DNA of 64,000 nt from a virus. The notes beneath the pieces are model-generated. The model had not been told where the DNA came from. It ran no database searches and saw nothing but the letters and a program-made list of their open reading frames with translations. Positions 1 to 10,345 of the stretch are shown piece after piece. The stretch is from IMG/VR virus record IMGVR_UViG_3300029822_001076; one strand, written 5' to 3'. How positions within the stretch are numbered: the stretch's first letter is position 1; the number at the start of each line of letters is the position of its first letter. A program made the translations under genes and the position numbers.

Positions 1-1254
1 GGCGCGTCCATTCATCCCGCACTGTTACTGACACCGATTATCTTCATAGTTGCTTATTTTATTTCCATCTGGCATTATCTGCGCATCCTTAAACCGGTCA
101 CGACTGAGGTCCGGTCAACCTTCGGTACGATGAACAGCCGGCTTACAGAAGACATCGACGGGATCGAAACTGTAAAAGCCGCAGCCCAGGAAGAAACCGA
201 AATCGAGCTATTCCGTAAAAATACCATCGCTTATCGTGATGCCACCATTAAACAAGGAGATATCGAAGCACGCTTCCTGCCTTTACTCCTGCTCGCCCTG
301 GCGATGGGCTTCGGTTTGCTGCATTCGCTCATCCTGGCACGCCAGGGTCTAATTGAGTTTGGTTCTGTCCTGACTTACTTCAGCGCGCTTTCGATGCTCG
401 GATTTCCAACCAACACTTCGATCCGTTCTTATTCGATGATTTCCTCTGGTCTGGCAGGTGCAAGACGCCTGCTGCAGATTATGAACACTGAAAACAATCT
501 GGACGAAAACAACGATGGTCACGAAGCTGAGATCCACGGGGACATCGAATTCAAAAACGTCAGTTTCGCCTATGACGAAGGCAGTCCAACCCTCAAAAAC
601 CTCAGCTTCAAAGTCAAAGCTGGTCAAACCGTCGCCATTGTTGGTCAAACAGGTTCAGGGAAAACCAGCCTGATACGCCTGATAAACCGCACTTATGATC
701 CTACTCTGGGTCAGGTGCTCGTCGACAATGTCGACCTGCGTGATTGGAAGCTGGACAGCCTGCGCAGCCAGATTTCGATCATTGAGCAAGACATTTTTCT
801 CTTCTCAAAGACAGTAGCCGACAACATCGCCTTTGGGAAACCTGAAGCCGATGAGGATGAAATTCACATCGCCGCAGAAAAAGCCCAGGCTGCCAATTTC
901 ATCAGTGAGCTGAAAGACGGTTACGAAACAGTCATCGGAGAGCGCGGTGCAACTATATCTGGCGGTCAGCGCCAGCGGCTTGCCCTTGCGCGCGCCTTTC
1001 TGACCGACCCACGCATCCTGATCCTCGACGATTCCACCAGCGCTATCGACAGTCAGACCGAAGATGAGATCCAGCGCGCAATCATCACAGCGTCAGCCGG
1101 TCGCACAACTTTTATCATTACCCATCGTTTATCTCAAATTCGCTGGGCTGACCTGATCATTGTCATGCGAAAAGGTCAGATTTCTGATATTGGGACGCAC
1201 GACAAACTGATGGAAACTTCTCCCGCCTACCAGGCTATTTTTAGTGAGGTATAA
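1..1254 (+). CDS. ABC exporter ATP-binding/permease subunit, 5'-truncated by the window edge
   Basis: Frame is open from base 1. Walker A GQTGSGKT, signature ISGGQRQR, Walker B ILILDD and H-loop ITHRL follow hydrophobic TM segments. Confidence 0.9.
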   Translation, partial: GASIHPALLLTPIIFIVAYFISIWHYLRILKPVTTEVRSTFGTMNSRLTEDIDGIETVKAAAQEETEIELFRKNTIAYRDATIKQGDIEARFLPLLLLALAMGFGLLHSLILARQGLIEFGSVLTYFSALSMLGFPTNTSIRSYSMISSGLAGARRLLQIMNTENNLDENNDGHEAEIHGDIEFKNVSFAYDEGSPTLKNLSFKVKAGQTVAIVGQTGSGKTSLIRLINRTYDPTLGQVLVDNVDLRDWKLDSLRSQISIIEQDIFLFSKTVADNIAFGKPEADEDEIHIAAEKAQAANFISELKDGYETVIGERGATISGGQRQRLALARAFLTDPRILILDDSTSAIDSQTEDEIQRAIITASAGRTTFIITHRLSQIRWADLIIVMRKGQISDIGTHDKLMETSPAYQAIFSEV

Positions 1255-1256
1255 AG

Positions 1257-3110
1257 ATGGGCTTTCACAGAGGACTGTCCGCCGAATCTTACGACCGCAC
1301 TTATAGCAACAAGACCTTGCTCAACCGCATTTGGGCATATACAAAGCCATACAAACAGAGCCTTTTTGCAATCTTCCTGATTGTTCTGCTGCAGGCAGGT
1401 GCCGGCGCTCTGCCCCCGGTCTTGGTCTCGATGATCATCGACCAAAATTCGGGAGGAAACGCCCCGTTAACCGCCTTCCTTCCCCTGGTTATCGCGGTAA
1501 TCTTCGTTGAAATTTTAGGTTATATCTTTTACTACATCTTACGCCGCCTGATGGTACGCGTAGTTGGCAAAGTTATTCGTGATCTGACGGTGGATGCGTT
1601 TACGGCATCTGTACGGCAGGATCTGTCTTTCCACGACAAACTTTCTTCTGGACGAATCGTCTCCCGTATCACCACTGACAGCGAAGATTTCGCAGTCCTT
1701 ATTCGTCTGACCACTGATGTCTTGTCCAGCACTGTCCAATCCATCATTGTTGCCTTCATTTTATTCAACACCGAATGGCGCCTGGCTTCCGGATTGATGT
1801 TGTTCGTTCCGCTGGTCGTGATTATCGTAGCCAGTTATCGTAAGCTTGCCCGCAGGGTGACGACGACTGGTATGAGAGCCATGGCGAATGTCAACGCGAC
1901 AATCAAAGAGACTATCAGCGGCATCTCCATCGCGAAAAACTTTCGCCAGGAAGAAGCCATCTACCGGGAATTCCAGGATTCCAACATTACCTCCTATAAA
2001 GTGAACGTGAAACGAGGTTTGGTTCTTTCCATAGTATTCCCTACTATGCGCACCCTTAGCGGTATTTCTATCGCATTGCAGGTTTATTTCGGCGCACTGA
2101 GCGTTGAACAGGGTTTAATCACCGTGGGCGCCTGGTATCTGATCTTACTATCCAGCGACCGTTTCCTCATGCCAATTTTGAGCATCACTTCCTACTGGAA
2201 CCAGGTTCAGACAGGACTCTCCGCTGCCGAACGCATCTTTGCTTTGATCGACAGTGAACATAGCGTTAAACAAACCGATAACCTTCCTGTTTCGGAAATA
2301 AAAGGCAAAATAGACTTCAACCATCTTAAGTTCAGCTACCTTCCCAATATCCCGATTCTCGATGATTTTGACCTCCACATCAAACCAGGGGAAAACATCG
2401 CCATCGTCGGTCATACCGGGGCTGGCAAATCATCGATCGCCCGCCTGGTGTCCCGCTTTTACGAATTCCAGGAAGGCGAACTGCTCATCGACGATATCGA
2501 CATACGCAAATACAACCTCACAGATCTGCGCAACCAGATGGGCATCGTCAACCAGGTCCCCTTCCTCTTCGAAGGCACCATCGAAGAAAACATCCGTTTC
2601 GCCAAACCTGAGGTTACTCGAGAAGAGATTTTATCCCTGGCAAAAACCATCGGAAATGGCGAGTGGCTCGAAACCTTTTCCCAGGGGCTGGATACCCAGG
2701 TTGGTGAGCGCGGAGCCCACATCTCAATGGGTCAGCGGCAGCTTGTCGCCCTGATGCGTGTGCTTGTTCGCCGACCTGCAATTTTCATCCTCGATGAAGC
2801 CACAGCCAGTGTTGACCCTTTCACCGAACAACAAATCCAGGAAGCACTCGGTCTGATCCTCTCTCTTTCTACCAGCATCCTGATCGCCCATCGCCTTTCA
2901 ACTGTAAAATCCGCCGACCGGATCATCGTTCTCGACAATGGCAAAATTCTCGAAGAAGGCACACACGACGACCTCCTGGCGACCAACGGGCACTATGCCG
3001 GTCTCTACAACACCTACTTCCGCCATCAATCTCCCGAATACATCGAGGAAACCGGTGAACTTCTCCAAAAAGGTAAACAAGGTCTTGGTGCTTCCTCAAA
3101 TCCCCTATAA
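1257..3110 (+). CDS. ABC exporter ATP-binding/permease subunit (likely heterodimer partner of the upstream gene)
   Basis: N-terminal TM domain, Walker A GHTGAGKS, signature ISMGQRQ, Walker B FILDEATAS. Confidence 0.92.
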   Translation: MGFHRGLSAESYDRTYSNKTLLNRIWAYTKPYKQSLFAIFLIVLLQAGAGALPPVLVSMIIDQNSGGNAPLTAFLPLVIAVIFVEILGYIFYYILRRLMVRVVGKVIRDLTVDAFTASVRQDLSFHDKLSSGRIVSRITTDSEDFAVLIRLTTDVLSSTVQSIIVAFILFNTEWRLASGLMLFVPLVVIIVASYRKLARRVTTTGMRAMANVNATIKETISGISIAKNFRQEEAIYREFQDSNITSYKVNVKRGLVLSIVFPTMRTLSGISIALQVYFGALSVEQGLITVGAWYLILLSSDRFLMPILSITSYWNQVQTGLSAAERIFALIDSEHSVKQTDNLPVSEIKGKIDFNHLKFSYLPNIPILDDFDLHIKPGENIAIVGHTGAGKSSIARLVSRFYEFQEGELLIDDIDIRKYNLTDLRNQMGIVNQVPFLFEGTIEENIRFAKPEVTREEILSLAKTIGNGEWLETFSQGLDTQVGERGAHISMGQRQLVALMRVLVRRPAIFILDEATASVDPFTEQQIQEALGLILSLSTSILIAHRLSTVKSADRIIVLDNGKILEEGTHDDLLATNGHYAGLYNTYFRHQSPEYIEETGELLQKGKQGLGASSNPL

Positions 3111-3117
3111 TTAAGTT

Positions 3118-4206
3118 ATGAAAAATAACCCAAAAATCGTCGTCGCCATGAGCGGTGGGGTGGATAGCGCTGTCGCGGCACTGTTGCTTCAACGCCAGGG
3201 CTTCACTGTCGAAGCGCTCACGCTGCGCATGTGGCACGCCAACACTACAGAGCAAAGCGGACTGGAATCCGCGAAACACGTCGCCAGTTCGCTTGGTATC
3301 CCGTTTCATGTGATCGACGCCCGCGAAGATTTTCGGCGTGAAGTCGTCCAGGCTTTCCTGCAGAGCCATCTCGACTGTGAAACACCCAACCCCTGCGTTC
3401 TCTGCAACCGGGTGGTCAAGTGGCACAAATTACTCGAATTCGCCGATAAAAACCAGGCACAATTCGTTGCAACCGGTCATTACGCCCAAATACTTCTAAA
3501 CCAAAACGGTCTTTTCGAATTATGGCGCGCCAAAGATGCCTCCAAAGATCAGAGCTACATGCTCAGCCAGCTCACTCAAACCGAACTGAGCCGGACTATC
3601 TTCCCGCTTGGAGAGCTGTCCAAGCAGCAAGTCCGCCAAATTGCCCGGGAGTCGAACCTTGCTGTGTCTCAACGCCAGGACAGCCAGGATCTCTGCTTCG
3701 TAGATCGCGAAAATTATAATAATTTTCTCGAAGAAAACCTTCCCGGAATGACCCAGCCCGGAGAAATCAGAAACATCCAGGGAAAACTGCTCGGTCAACA
3801 CCGCGGACTGGCTCATTACACCATTGGTCAGCGCAAAGGCTTACCGGCTTACACCGAAGCACTGTTCGTTCTCGACAAAAACCCCACCAGCAACACCCTC
3901 GTCGTCGGAACAGCCTCCGAACTGGGCAAAGACGCATTTCACCTCAGCCAGGTCAGCTGGATCAGCGCTTTGACCCCCGACTTCCCTCTACAAGCCACAG
4001 TTAAAATCCGCTATCGCTCAAACCCGGTTGAAGCAACCCTCTTCCCTGACCCCCAGGGAACGCTGAAAGTCCAGCTTAAGCAACCCCTGCGCGATATCAC
4101 TCCCGGGCAAACCGCCGTTTTTTACGCCGGTGAGCAGGTTTTGGGGGGTGGAACCATTGCCAGGACAGCCTCAACATCCAGCTTACATTTCGTACAGAAC
4201 CGCTAA
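3118..4206 (+). CDS. mnmA: tRNA-specific 2-thiouridylase
   Basis: SGGVDS PP-loop, TPNPCVLCN, ATGHY, KDQSY, QDSQDLCF, TPGQ motifs. Confidence 0.95.
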   Translation: MKNNPKIVVAMSGGVDSAVAALLLQRQGFTVEALTLRMWHANTTEQSGLESAKHVASSLGIPFHVIDAREDFRREVVQAFLQSHLDCETPNPCVLCNRVVKWHKLLEFADKNQAQFVATGHYAQILLNQNGLFELWRAKDASKDQSYMLSQLTQTELSRTIFPLGELSKQQVRQIARESNLAVSQRQDSQDLCFVDRENYNNFLEENLPGMTQPGEIRNIQGKLLGQHRGLAHYTIGQRKGLPAYTEALFVLDKNPTSNTLVVGTASELGKDAFHLSQVSWISALTPDFPLQATVKIRYRSNPVEATLFPDPQGTLKVQLKQPLRDITPGQTAVFYAGEQVLGGGTIARTASTSSLHFVQNR

Positions 4207-4281
4207 TAGACTGTTAGAATAGATGGTATGTGAAGCGTCCTCAAAAAACACTTCCGAGAAACAAATAAAAAAGGAGCCACA

Positions 4282-4668
4282 ATGTTAATACCCGAAGAAC
4301 TCAAATATCAAAAAACTGATGAATGGGTGAAGATCGTTGACGGTATCGCCACGATCGGTATCACCGATTTTGCCCAGGATTCTCTCTCAGATGTCGTTTT
4401 TGTCGAATTCGATATCGATGTCGACGACGAGGTCAGCGCCGGCGACAGCATGGCAACCATCGAGTCCGTCAAAGCTGCGGCAGAAGTTGTTTTCCCCGTC
4501 AGCGGCAAGGTGATCGAAATCAACCAGACCCTCATCGATACCCCTGAACTGCTCAACGAAAGCCCCTACGAAGAAGGCTGGCTCGTCAGAGTCCAGGCGG
4601 CTGATGGAACCGAGCTCGAAAATTTGATGGACGCAGCTGCCTACGCGATTGACATTCAGGACCGGTAA
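4282..4668 (+). CDS. gcvH: Glycine cleavage system H protein
   Basis: GITDFAQ, lipoyl-lysine motif IESVKAA, NESPYEEGW. RBS AGGAG upstream. Confidence 0.95.
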   Translation: MLIPEELKYQKTDEWVKIVDGIATIGITDFAQDSLSDVVFVEFDIDVDDEVSAGDSMATIESVKAAAEVVFPVSGKVIEINQTLIDTPELLNESPYEEGWLVRVQAADGTELENLMDAAAYAIDIQDR

Positions 4669-4671
4669 AAC

Positions 4672-6027
4672 ATGTTTACACCCCACACGAAAAATGATGT
4701 GGAGGTGATGCTAAAATCGATTGGTCTCGAAAAAATCGAGGAACTCTTCACCGAGATTCCAGCCGAATTTCGATATCCACATCTCAACCTGCCGCCCCGG
4801 CTTACCGAAATGGAAGCAGCCGGGGAGCTCAGCAGCATCGCCTCTGCAAACGTCACCACGCGCGATTTTCTAAGCTTCCTGGGTGCCGGTGCTTATGACC
4901 ATTACATCCCCGCTGCTGTCGATAACCTGCTCCAGCGTGGAGAATTCTACACCGCCTACACCCCATACCAGCCGGAAATTTCACAGGGTACCCTCCAGGC
5001 AATCTTTGAATTCCAGAGCCTGATCTGTAAACTCACCGGCATGGACGTGAGCAACGCTTCCCACTACGATGGTGCCACCGCTGCTGCCGAAGCCGTAATC
5101 CTCGCCAACAGCCATTTTCGCGGCAAACGCCCGAAAATGCTCATTTCCCGCGCGGTCCATCCTCAATACCGCCAGGTTATCCGCACGTATATGCAGGGCG
5201 ACCCCGACGTCCGGATTGTAGGCGACGATGCCGAAACCGGTATCGACCCTGACATGAAGAACTTTATCTCACAGATCGACAACAACACTGCCCTGGTGAT
5301 GGTCCAGTATCCCGATTTCTTTGGTCGCATTTGCGACTACAGGGAAGTCATCGAAACCGCCCACCAATACGGCGCTTTGGTTGCCATGGTCGTAAACCCC
5401 ACCGCGCTCGGTCTGCTTATACCTCCCGGTGACCTTGGTGCCGATATCGCCCTCGGTGAAGGGCAGCCCCTGGGCATCCCGCTCTCCTACGGTGGACCCT
5501 ACCTGGGCTTCTTCGCCGTCAAAGACGCCCTCTTGCGCAAACTCTCCGGGCGCCTGGTCGGTGAAACCACCGACGTCGACGGGCAGCTTGCCTACGTCCT
5601 CACGCTTACCGCACGCGAACAGCACATCCGCCGTGAGAAAGCCACCTCCAATATTTGCAGCAATCAGGGTCTCATGACGCTCGCTGCCACGATCTACCTT
5701 TCTGTGCTCGGCAAGACCGGCTTCCAGCAAGTGTCCAACCTTTGTTACCAAAAAGCCCATTACACCGCCGACCAATTCAAACAGATCGAAGGCTTTCAAC
5801 TGCTCAATGAAAACACTCCGTTCTTCCACGAATTTGTCATTAAAAGTGAACAACCTGTCGGCGAATTGCTCGATCACCTGCTTGCGCACGAAATTTTTGG
5901 AGGGTACGACCTCGGTCAGCATTATCCTGAACTGGAAAACTGCCTGTTACTCGCCGTAACCGAAAAAATCAGCCGGGAAGATATAGACTACCTTGTTGAC
6001 GTCCTTCAGGAGGTGCATCATGACTGA
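4672..6027 (+). CDS. gcvPA: Glycine dehydrogenase subunit 1
   Basis: FLGAGAY, YTAYTPYQPEISQGTLQ, REQHIRREKATSNICSNQ. Confidence 0.95.
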   Translation: MFTPHTKNDVEVMLKSIGLEKIEELFTEIPAEFRYPHLNLPPRLTEMEAAGELSSIASANVTTRDFLSFLGAGAYDHYIPAAVDNLLQRGEFYTAYTPYQPEISQGTLQAIFEFQSLICKLTGMDVSNASHYDGATAAAEAVILANSHFRGKRPKMLISRAVHPQYRQVIRTYMQGDPDVRIVGDDAETGIDPDMKNFISQIDNNTALVMVQYPDFFGRICDYREVIETAHQYGALVAMVVNPTALGLLIPPGDLGADIALGEGQPLGIPLSYGGPYLGFFAVKDALLRKLSGRLVGETTDVDGQLAYVLTLTAREQHIRREKATSNICSNQGLMTLAATIYLSVLGKTGFQQVSNLCYQKAHYTADQFKQIEGFQLLNENTPFFHEFVIKSEQPVGELLDHLLAHEIFGGYDLGQHYPELENCLLLAVTEKISREDIDYLVDVLQEVHHD

Positions 6028-7498
6028 ACCAACCATTTATGACATCTCTGTCACCGGACGCACAGGCGTCACCTTCCCCGAATCAGACGTGCCCGAATAC
6101 GCGCTGCCGCAGGGCTTTGTGCGCCAAAAATTGCAGCTCCCCGAGGTTTCCGAACTCGAGGTTGTACGTCATTTTACAAGGCTCTCCCAGAAAAACTACG
6201 CCATCGACCTCGGTTTCTACCCGCTCGGTTCATGTACAATGAAATACAACCCCAAAATCAACGAATCCGTCAGCCGGCTGTCCGGTTTCACCGCCACCCA
6301 TCCGCTGCAGCCTGCCAACACCACTCAAGGCAACCTCTATCTCATGTACACCTTGCAGGAGATGCTCAAAGAAATCGCCGGCTTCGACGCGGTCACCCTC
6401 CAGCCCGCAGCCGGAGCTCAAGGCGAACTGGTTGGCACGCTGATTATCCACAAATATCACACTGATCGCGGAGACCACCAGCGCACACGCATGCTCATCC
6501 CCGATTCTGCACACGGCACCAACCCCGCCTCCTCTGCCATGCTCGGCTACGATGTCGTCCCGCTGCCGTCGGACGAGCGCGGCAATGTCGACCTCGAAGC
6601 GCTCAAACGCCTCTGCGACGACCGCCTGGCGGGTTTGATGTTCACCAACCCGAATACGCTTGGTCTCTTCGATGAGAACGTCTGCGAGGTCGTGAAAATC
6701 GTCCACGAAGCCGGTGGTTTGGTTTACGGTGATGGCGCCAACATGAACGCACTGCTTGGCGTTTTCCGCCCCGGCGATGTCGGCATTGACATACTGCACT
6801 TCAACCTGCACAAAACCTTCTCAACCCCGCACGGCGGTGGTGGACCCGGCTCTGGTCCGGTTGCGGTCCAGGCACACCTGGTCGACTATTTGCCCGACCC
6901 CATCGTCGGCATCCTCGAAGAAGGCGACGATGAAACCGCCCCGCTTTACGGTTTTGTTCACCCCGAAAAGTCAATCGGCAGGATCAAAGCTTTCTATGGT
7001 CATTTTGGCATGCACATCCGCGCCTTTACCTATATCGCCATGCTCGGTCAGGAGGGTCTCCGCGATATCGCTGAAAAAGCCGTCCTGAACGCCAATTACC
7101 TGCAGGAAAAACTTAAGGGCTCCTACACCCTGCCTTACGATCGCATTTGTATGCACGAATTTGTGCTCGAAGGCTTTTGGAAGGACGTGCCGGATATTCA
7201 CGCGCTGGATATCGCCAAACGCCTGATGGATTACAATTTCCATCCGCCAACAAACTACTTCCCGCTGATTGTCAAGGAAGCTCTGATGATCGAGCCGACC
7301 GAGACCGAGACCCTCGAAACGCTGGACGCGTTTGTCGAGGCGATGCTCAAGATCGCCGGGGAAGCCCGCACCGATCCGCAGCTGCTGCGCGACGCCCCGC
7401 ACAACACTCCCGTCCGCCGCGCCGATGAATTGAAAGCCGCCAAAGACCTGGTCTTCTGCTGCTACATCGGCGACGACTGGCCTGGAATACAGGAGTAG
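6020..7498 (+). CDS. gcvPB: Glycine dehydrogenase subunit 2
   Basis: YPLGSCTMKYNP and PLP motif HFNLHKTFSTPHGGGGPG. Start set at ATG 6020 after AGGAGG, overlapping the gcvPA stop. Confidence 0.95.
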   Translation: MTEPTIYDISVTGRTGVTFPESDVPEYALPQGFVRQKLQLPEVSELEVVRHFTRLSQKNYAIDLGFYPLGSCTMKYNPKINESVSRLSGFTATHPLQPANTTQGNLYLMYTLQEMLKEIAGFDAVTLQPAAGAQGELVGTLIIHKYHTDRGDHQRTRMLIPDSAHGTNPASSAMLGYDVVPLPSDERGNVDLEALKRLCDDRLAGLMFTNPNTLGLFDENVCEVVKIVHEAGGLVYGDGANMNALLGVFRPGDVGIDILHFNLHKTFSTPHGGGGPGSGPVAVQAHLVDYLPDPIVGILEEGDDETAPLYGFVHPEKSIGRIKAFYGHFGMHIRAFTYIAMLGQEGLRDIAEKAVLNANYLQEKLKGSYTLPYDRICMHEFVLEGFWKDVPDIHALDIAKRLMDYNFHPPTNYFPLIVKEALMIEPTETETLETLDAFVEAMLKIAGEARTDPQLLRDAPHNTPVRRADELKAAKDLVFCCYIGDDWPGIQE

Positions 7499-7515
7499 AC
7501 CTAAAAATCCTGTCA

Positions 7516-7549
7516 AGGCTCAGATTGGAAACTTTCTGAGCCTTTTTTT
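7516..7549 (+). terminator. Rho-independent terminator after gcvPB
   Basis: Stem AGGCTCAGA / TCTGAGCCT followed by a T7 run. Confidence 0.75.
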
Positions 7550-7566
7550 GCTTCTTCCGCCAACTC

Positions 7567-7938
7567 GTCATCGCGAGCCTCTTTTGCGAAGCGATCTCAC
7601 CCTCCGCCAAATCGTCATCGCGAGCGCAGCGCGGCGATCTGCAGTTTTGTCATCCTGAACGAAGTGAAGGATCTTTCTCTTCCTTTTCCTCTCAGCCATC
7701 AGCATTAAGCAATCAGCTGCCCAGTCATCGCGAGCGAAGCGCGGCGATCTGCTGTTTGTCGGAATGAAAAAAAGATTAAAGGCAGACTGCCACGACCCTT
7801 TGCCAAACTTAGCTGCTATTCTCTAACCAGGTTCGCTGGCAAAGGGTCTCGCAGTGACGCTTGTGTCACTCGTCATCGCGAGCGAAGCGCGGCGATCTGC
7901 TTTTTTTTTTTTTTCATCCTGAACGAAGTGAAGGATCT
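7567..7938. repeat. Cluster of REP-like palindromic units
   Basis: GTCATCGCGAG units start at 7567, 7614, 7724 and 7872. (G)TCATCCTGAACGAAGTGAAGGATCT units lie at about 7649 and 7914. An inverted partner CTCGCAGTGAC near 7850 encloses a GACCCTTTGCCA/TGGCAAAGGGTC hairpin. Confidence 0.75.
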
Positions 7939-7974
7939 TTCTTTTTTATTTCCTATCACCTACCCGCTATAAGT

Positions 7975-7980
7975 TATAAT
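7975..7980 (+). promoter_or_regulatory. -10 box of a probably leaderless promoter for the MmeI-like gene
   Basis: TATAAT ends 7 nt before ATG 7987. No Shine-Dalgarno and no consensus -35. Confidence 0.4.
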
Positions 7981-7986
7981 TACCCC

Positions 7987-9108
7987 ATGCTCCCCTGGAA
8001 CGAGATCGAAACCCGAGCCATCGCCTTCCAGCGCAAATGGCGCACCAGCCCCGGCACCGAAAAACAGGATGACATCAAATTCATCCAGGACTTCCTCCAC
8101 GTCTTCGGTGTCGACTGGCAAACCGGCTTCCCCCAACACCAGATCATCCTCCCCAGCGGCAAACCCAACTACATCGACTACCTGCTCCCCGGCAAGATCC
8201 TGATCGAAATGAAATCCAGGGGCGAGTCCCTCGAAGCCGCCCACACCCAGGCAATGAACTACGTCCGTGGGCTCAAACCCGAAGATATCCCCCGGCTCAT
8301 CATGGTTTGTGATTTCTACAAAGTCCAGGTCTTCAACTACGACAAAAAACACCCTTACAAACCTTTCAAAATAACCGAAATGCGCAGACACCTGCGCATC
8401 TTCAGCCGCCTGGCTGGCTTTGATGCCGACCCCGAAGCGCGCACCGAGATCGAGCTAAACACTGATGCCTCCTACAAAATGGCGAAGCTCCACGATGCCC
8501 TCAAAGAAAACGGCTATTCCGGTCACGAGCTTGAGGTCTACCTGGTGCGCCTGCTCTTTTGCCTTTTTGCTGATGATACCGGCGTGTTCGAAAAAGGCGC
8601 CTTCTACAACTACATCAAAGCCTCCAGCTCCGATGGCAACGACCTCGGAGGCAGGCTCTCCATGCTTTTCCATACGCTCAACACGCCTCCCGAAAACCGC
8701 ATGACCACTCTGCCCGAAGTGTTAAAACGCTTCCGCTATATCAACGGTGCCCTCTTTGCCGAACGGCTGCCCATGTCTTTCTTCTCTGCCAAAATGCGCG
8801 CCATCCTGCTCGAGTGCTGCGACTTCGACTGGACCCAAATCAGCCCTGCCATTTTTGGCGCTATGTTCCAGGGCGTCAAAAACCCGCAAGAGCGCCGTGA
8901 GCTGGGCGCACACTACACCTCCGAAGAAAACATCCTCAAGGTCATTCGCCCCCTCTTTCTGGACGAACTACAGGAAGAATTCGAGCGCTCCAAAAGTACC
9001 ATCGCCGAACTGAAAGCCTTCCACCGCAAGCTCGCCTCGCTCACCTTTCTCGAAATGATAATACCGAAATTGATACAATTTAACGATTGCAAAAGAGCGG
9101 TTGCTTAG
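7987..9108 (+). pseudogene. 5' half of an MmeI-like Type IIL restriction-modification enzyme (nuclease, helical spacer, start of MTase), cut by the prophage at 9053
   Basis: MLPWNEIETRA start, nuclease motif IDYLLPGKILIEMKS, PAIFGAMFQG, ELGAHYTSEENILKVI. Ends LTFL-E followed by a phage-derived tail. Confidence 0.9.
9052..9081. other. attL: GA core (9052-9053) plus attP arm containing TTGATACAATTT (9070-9081)
   Basis: Codon usage changes abruptly here. The arm is the exact reverse complement of 59344-59355, and both arms lie 16 bp from the GA core. Confidence 0.9.
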
Positions 9109-9170
9109 GGGGTTCAAAAGTTTTTAGGGGTGTGCAATATGCCCTCTTGGAAAGAGGAGGAGCGATTAAA

Positions 9171-10268
9171 ATGGGATTGCTTGATTTTTTTAGGAAAAAG
9201 AGAAAACTAAAGAAAAATGATGTGTCAATAACTGACCAGATATTGGAAAAAGAAACTTCTTCAATTCCAGACTCTGAAAAACAATATTATCAAGAAGATG
9301 AGTACTATACATCCAAGGTTTTTGAGGGAAGTCCTTTTGAAAAAGATATTATTTCATTAGAAGAGAGAAAAAAGACAAGCATTCCATCACGAAAGGGCCT
9401 TTTTGTTAGTGAAATACTTTTGCTACATTACTGTTCAAAAGGTACTTATCCAAATCCTCAGAATGGCTACCCAGGATTTTGGTGGTTCGCATACGGAATC
9501 AGAGACGTTGGAGCCGCTCTACGAAGTCTTGAAAGTAGAGGATTCATTGAGTTAGGGCCTGCTGGTGCGGCACTTAAGTCTCTTACGATTACACAGCTTA
9601 AAGAAATTCTGAGAGAGCATAATCTAAAACTATCAGGCAAAAAAGATGAACTAGTTTTGAGAGTTTATGATAATGTTTCTGAGACTGAGCTTTTAGATGC
9701 AGGTATTGAAAGAAAGTATATGTTGACAAAGTCTGGCGAAGAAGAACTTTCTGAAAATGAGTATGTGGCATATATGCATAGTCATAGTAAATATACAGAT
9801 TTTACCGTTTGGGATTTAAACTGGATGCTCGGATATGACGACAAGAGTCATTATAAAGAAATAATAGACAGCAAACACAAAGAGATAGAAAACAGGTTAG
9901 AACAGTCCAATAAAAAATTTATGGATGATATAAAATCATACGACCCAAACGGTTATCGAGAACTTCGAAATCAAGATGAGCAAATTAAAGCTATACAAGA
10001 AGCAGACAGAAAATATGCCCAGGACAAAGATTTGATGTGGATAATTAATTTTTGGGAGAGAATCTGGCAAAACGGGGGTCCCATCTTCGAAGGCTCGCAT
10101 TGGATGTTCAGATTGCCAGATTTCTATATTAAAGCTAAACGATATGATGATGCGATTGCCTTATGCGAAAGAATTAAGGTAACTCGACAATCGTACTATC
10201 ATCAAAAAGCAGATAACTATATTAAGAAAATAGAAGAGAAAAAGGCGAAAGAAGAATCCAAGAAGTAA
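9171..10268 (+). CDS. SAP-domain-containing cargo protein of unknown function
   Basis: SAP motif LTITQLKEILREHNLKLSGKKDELVLRV. RBS GAGGAGG before ATG 9171. AT-rich. Confidence 0.65.
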   Translation: MGLLDFFRKKRKLKKNDVSITDQILEKETSSIPDSEKQYYQEDEYYTSKVFEGSPFEKDIISLEERKKTSIPSRKGLFVSEILLLHYCSKGTYPNPQNGYPGFWWFAYGIRDVGAALRSLESRGFIELGPAGAALKSLTITQLKEILREHNLKLSGKKDELVLRVYDNVSETELLDAGIERKYMLTKSGEEELSENEYVAYMHSHSKYTDFTVWDLNWMLGYDDKSHYKEIIDSKHKEIENRLEQSNKKFMDDIKSYDPNGYRELRNQDEQIKAIQEADRKYAQDKDLMWIINFWERIWQNGGPIFEGSHWMFRLPDFYIKAKRYDDAIALCERIKVTRQSYYHQKADNYIKKIEEKKAKEESKK

Positions 10269-10345
10269 TAATGAGATCTTATAAATCGGCAAAAAAGTAG
10301 TCTGTATAAGTTGCTTTGTAAAACTTATTCAAGAAGATAATAACC

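Noticed and set aside
4282-7498. gcvT missing from the glycine cleavage cluster
   Set aside because: Split gcv loci are common, and gcvT may lie elsewhere in the genome.
7567-7938. Possible CRISPR array
   Set aside because: Units are of two types with irregular spacing, no unique equal-length spacers and no cas genes nearby.
7861-7986. ORF-track N-terminal extension of the MmeI-like gene (MCHSSSRAKRGDLLFFFF...)
   Set aside because: It translates REP repeats and the T14 run. The family-like N-terminus and -10 box point to ATG 7987.
9040-9090. tRNA or long direct repeat as attachment site
   Set aside because: Only the GA dinucleotide is shared between the ends and no tRNA-like sequence is present. 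This fits serine rather than tyrosine integrase chemistry.
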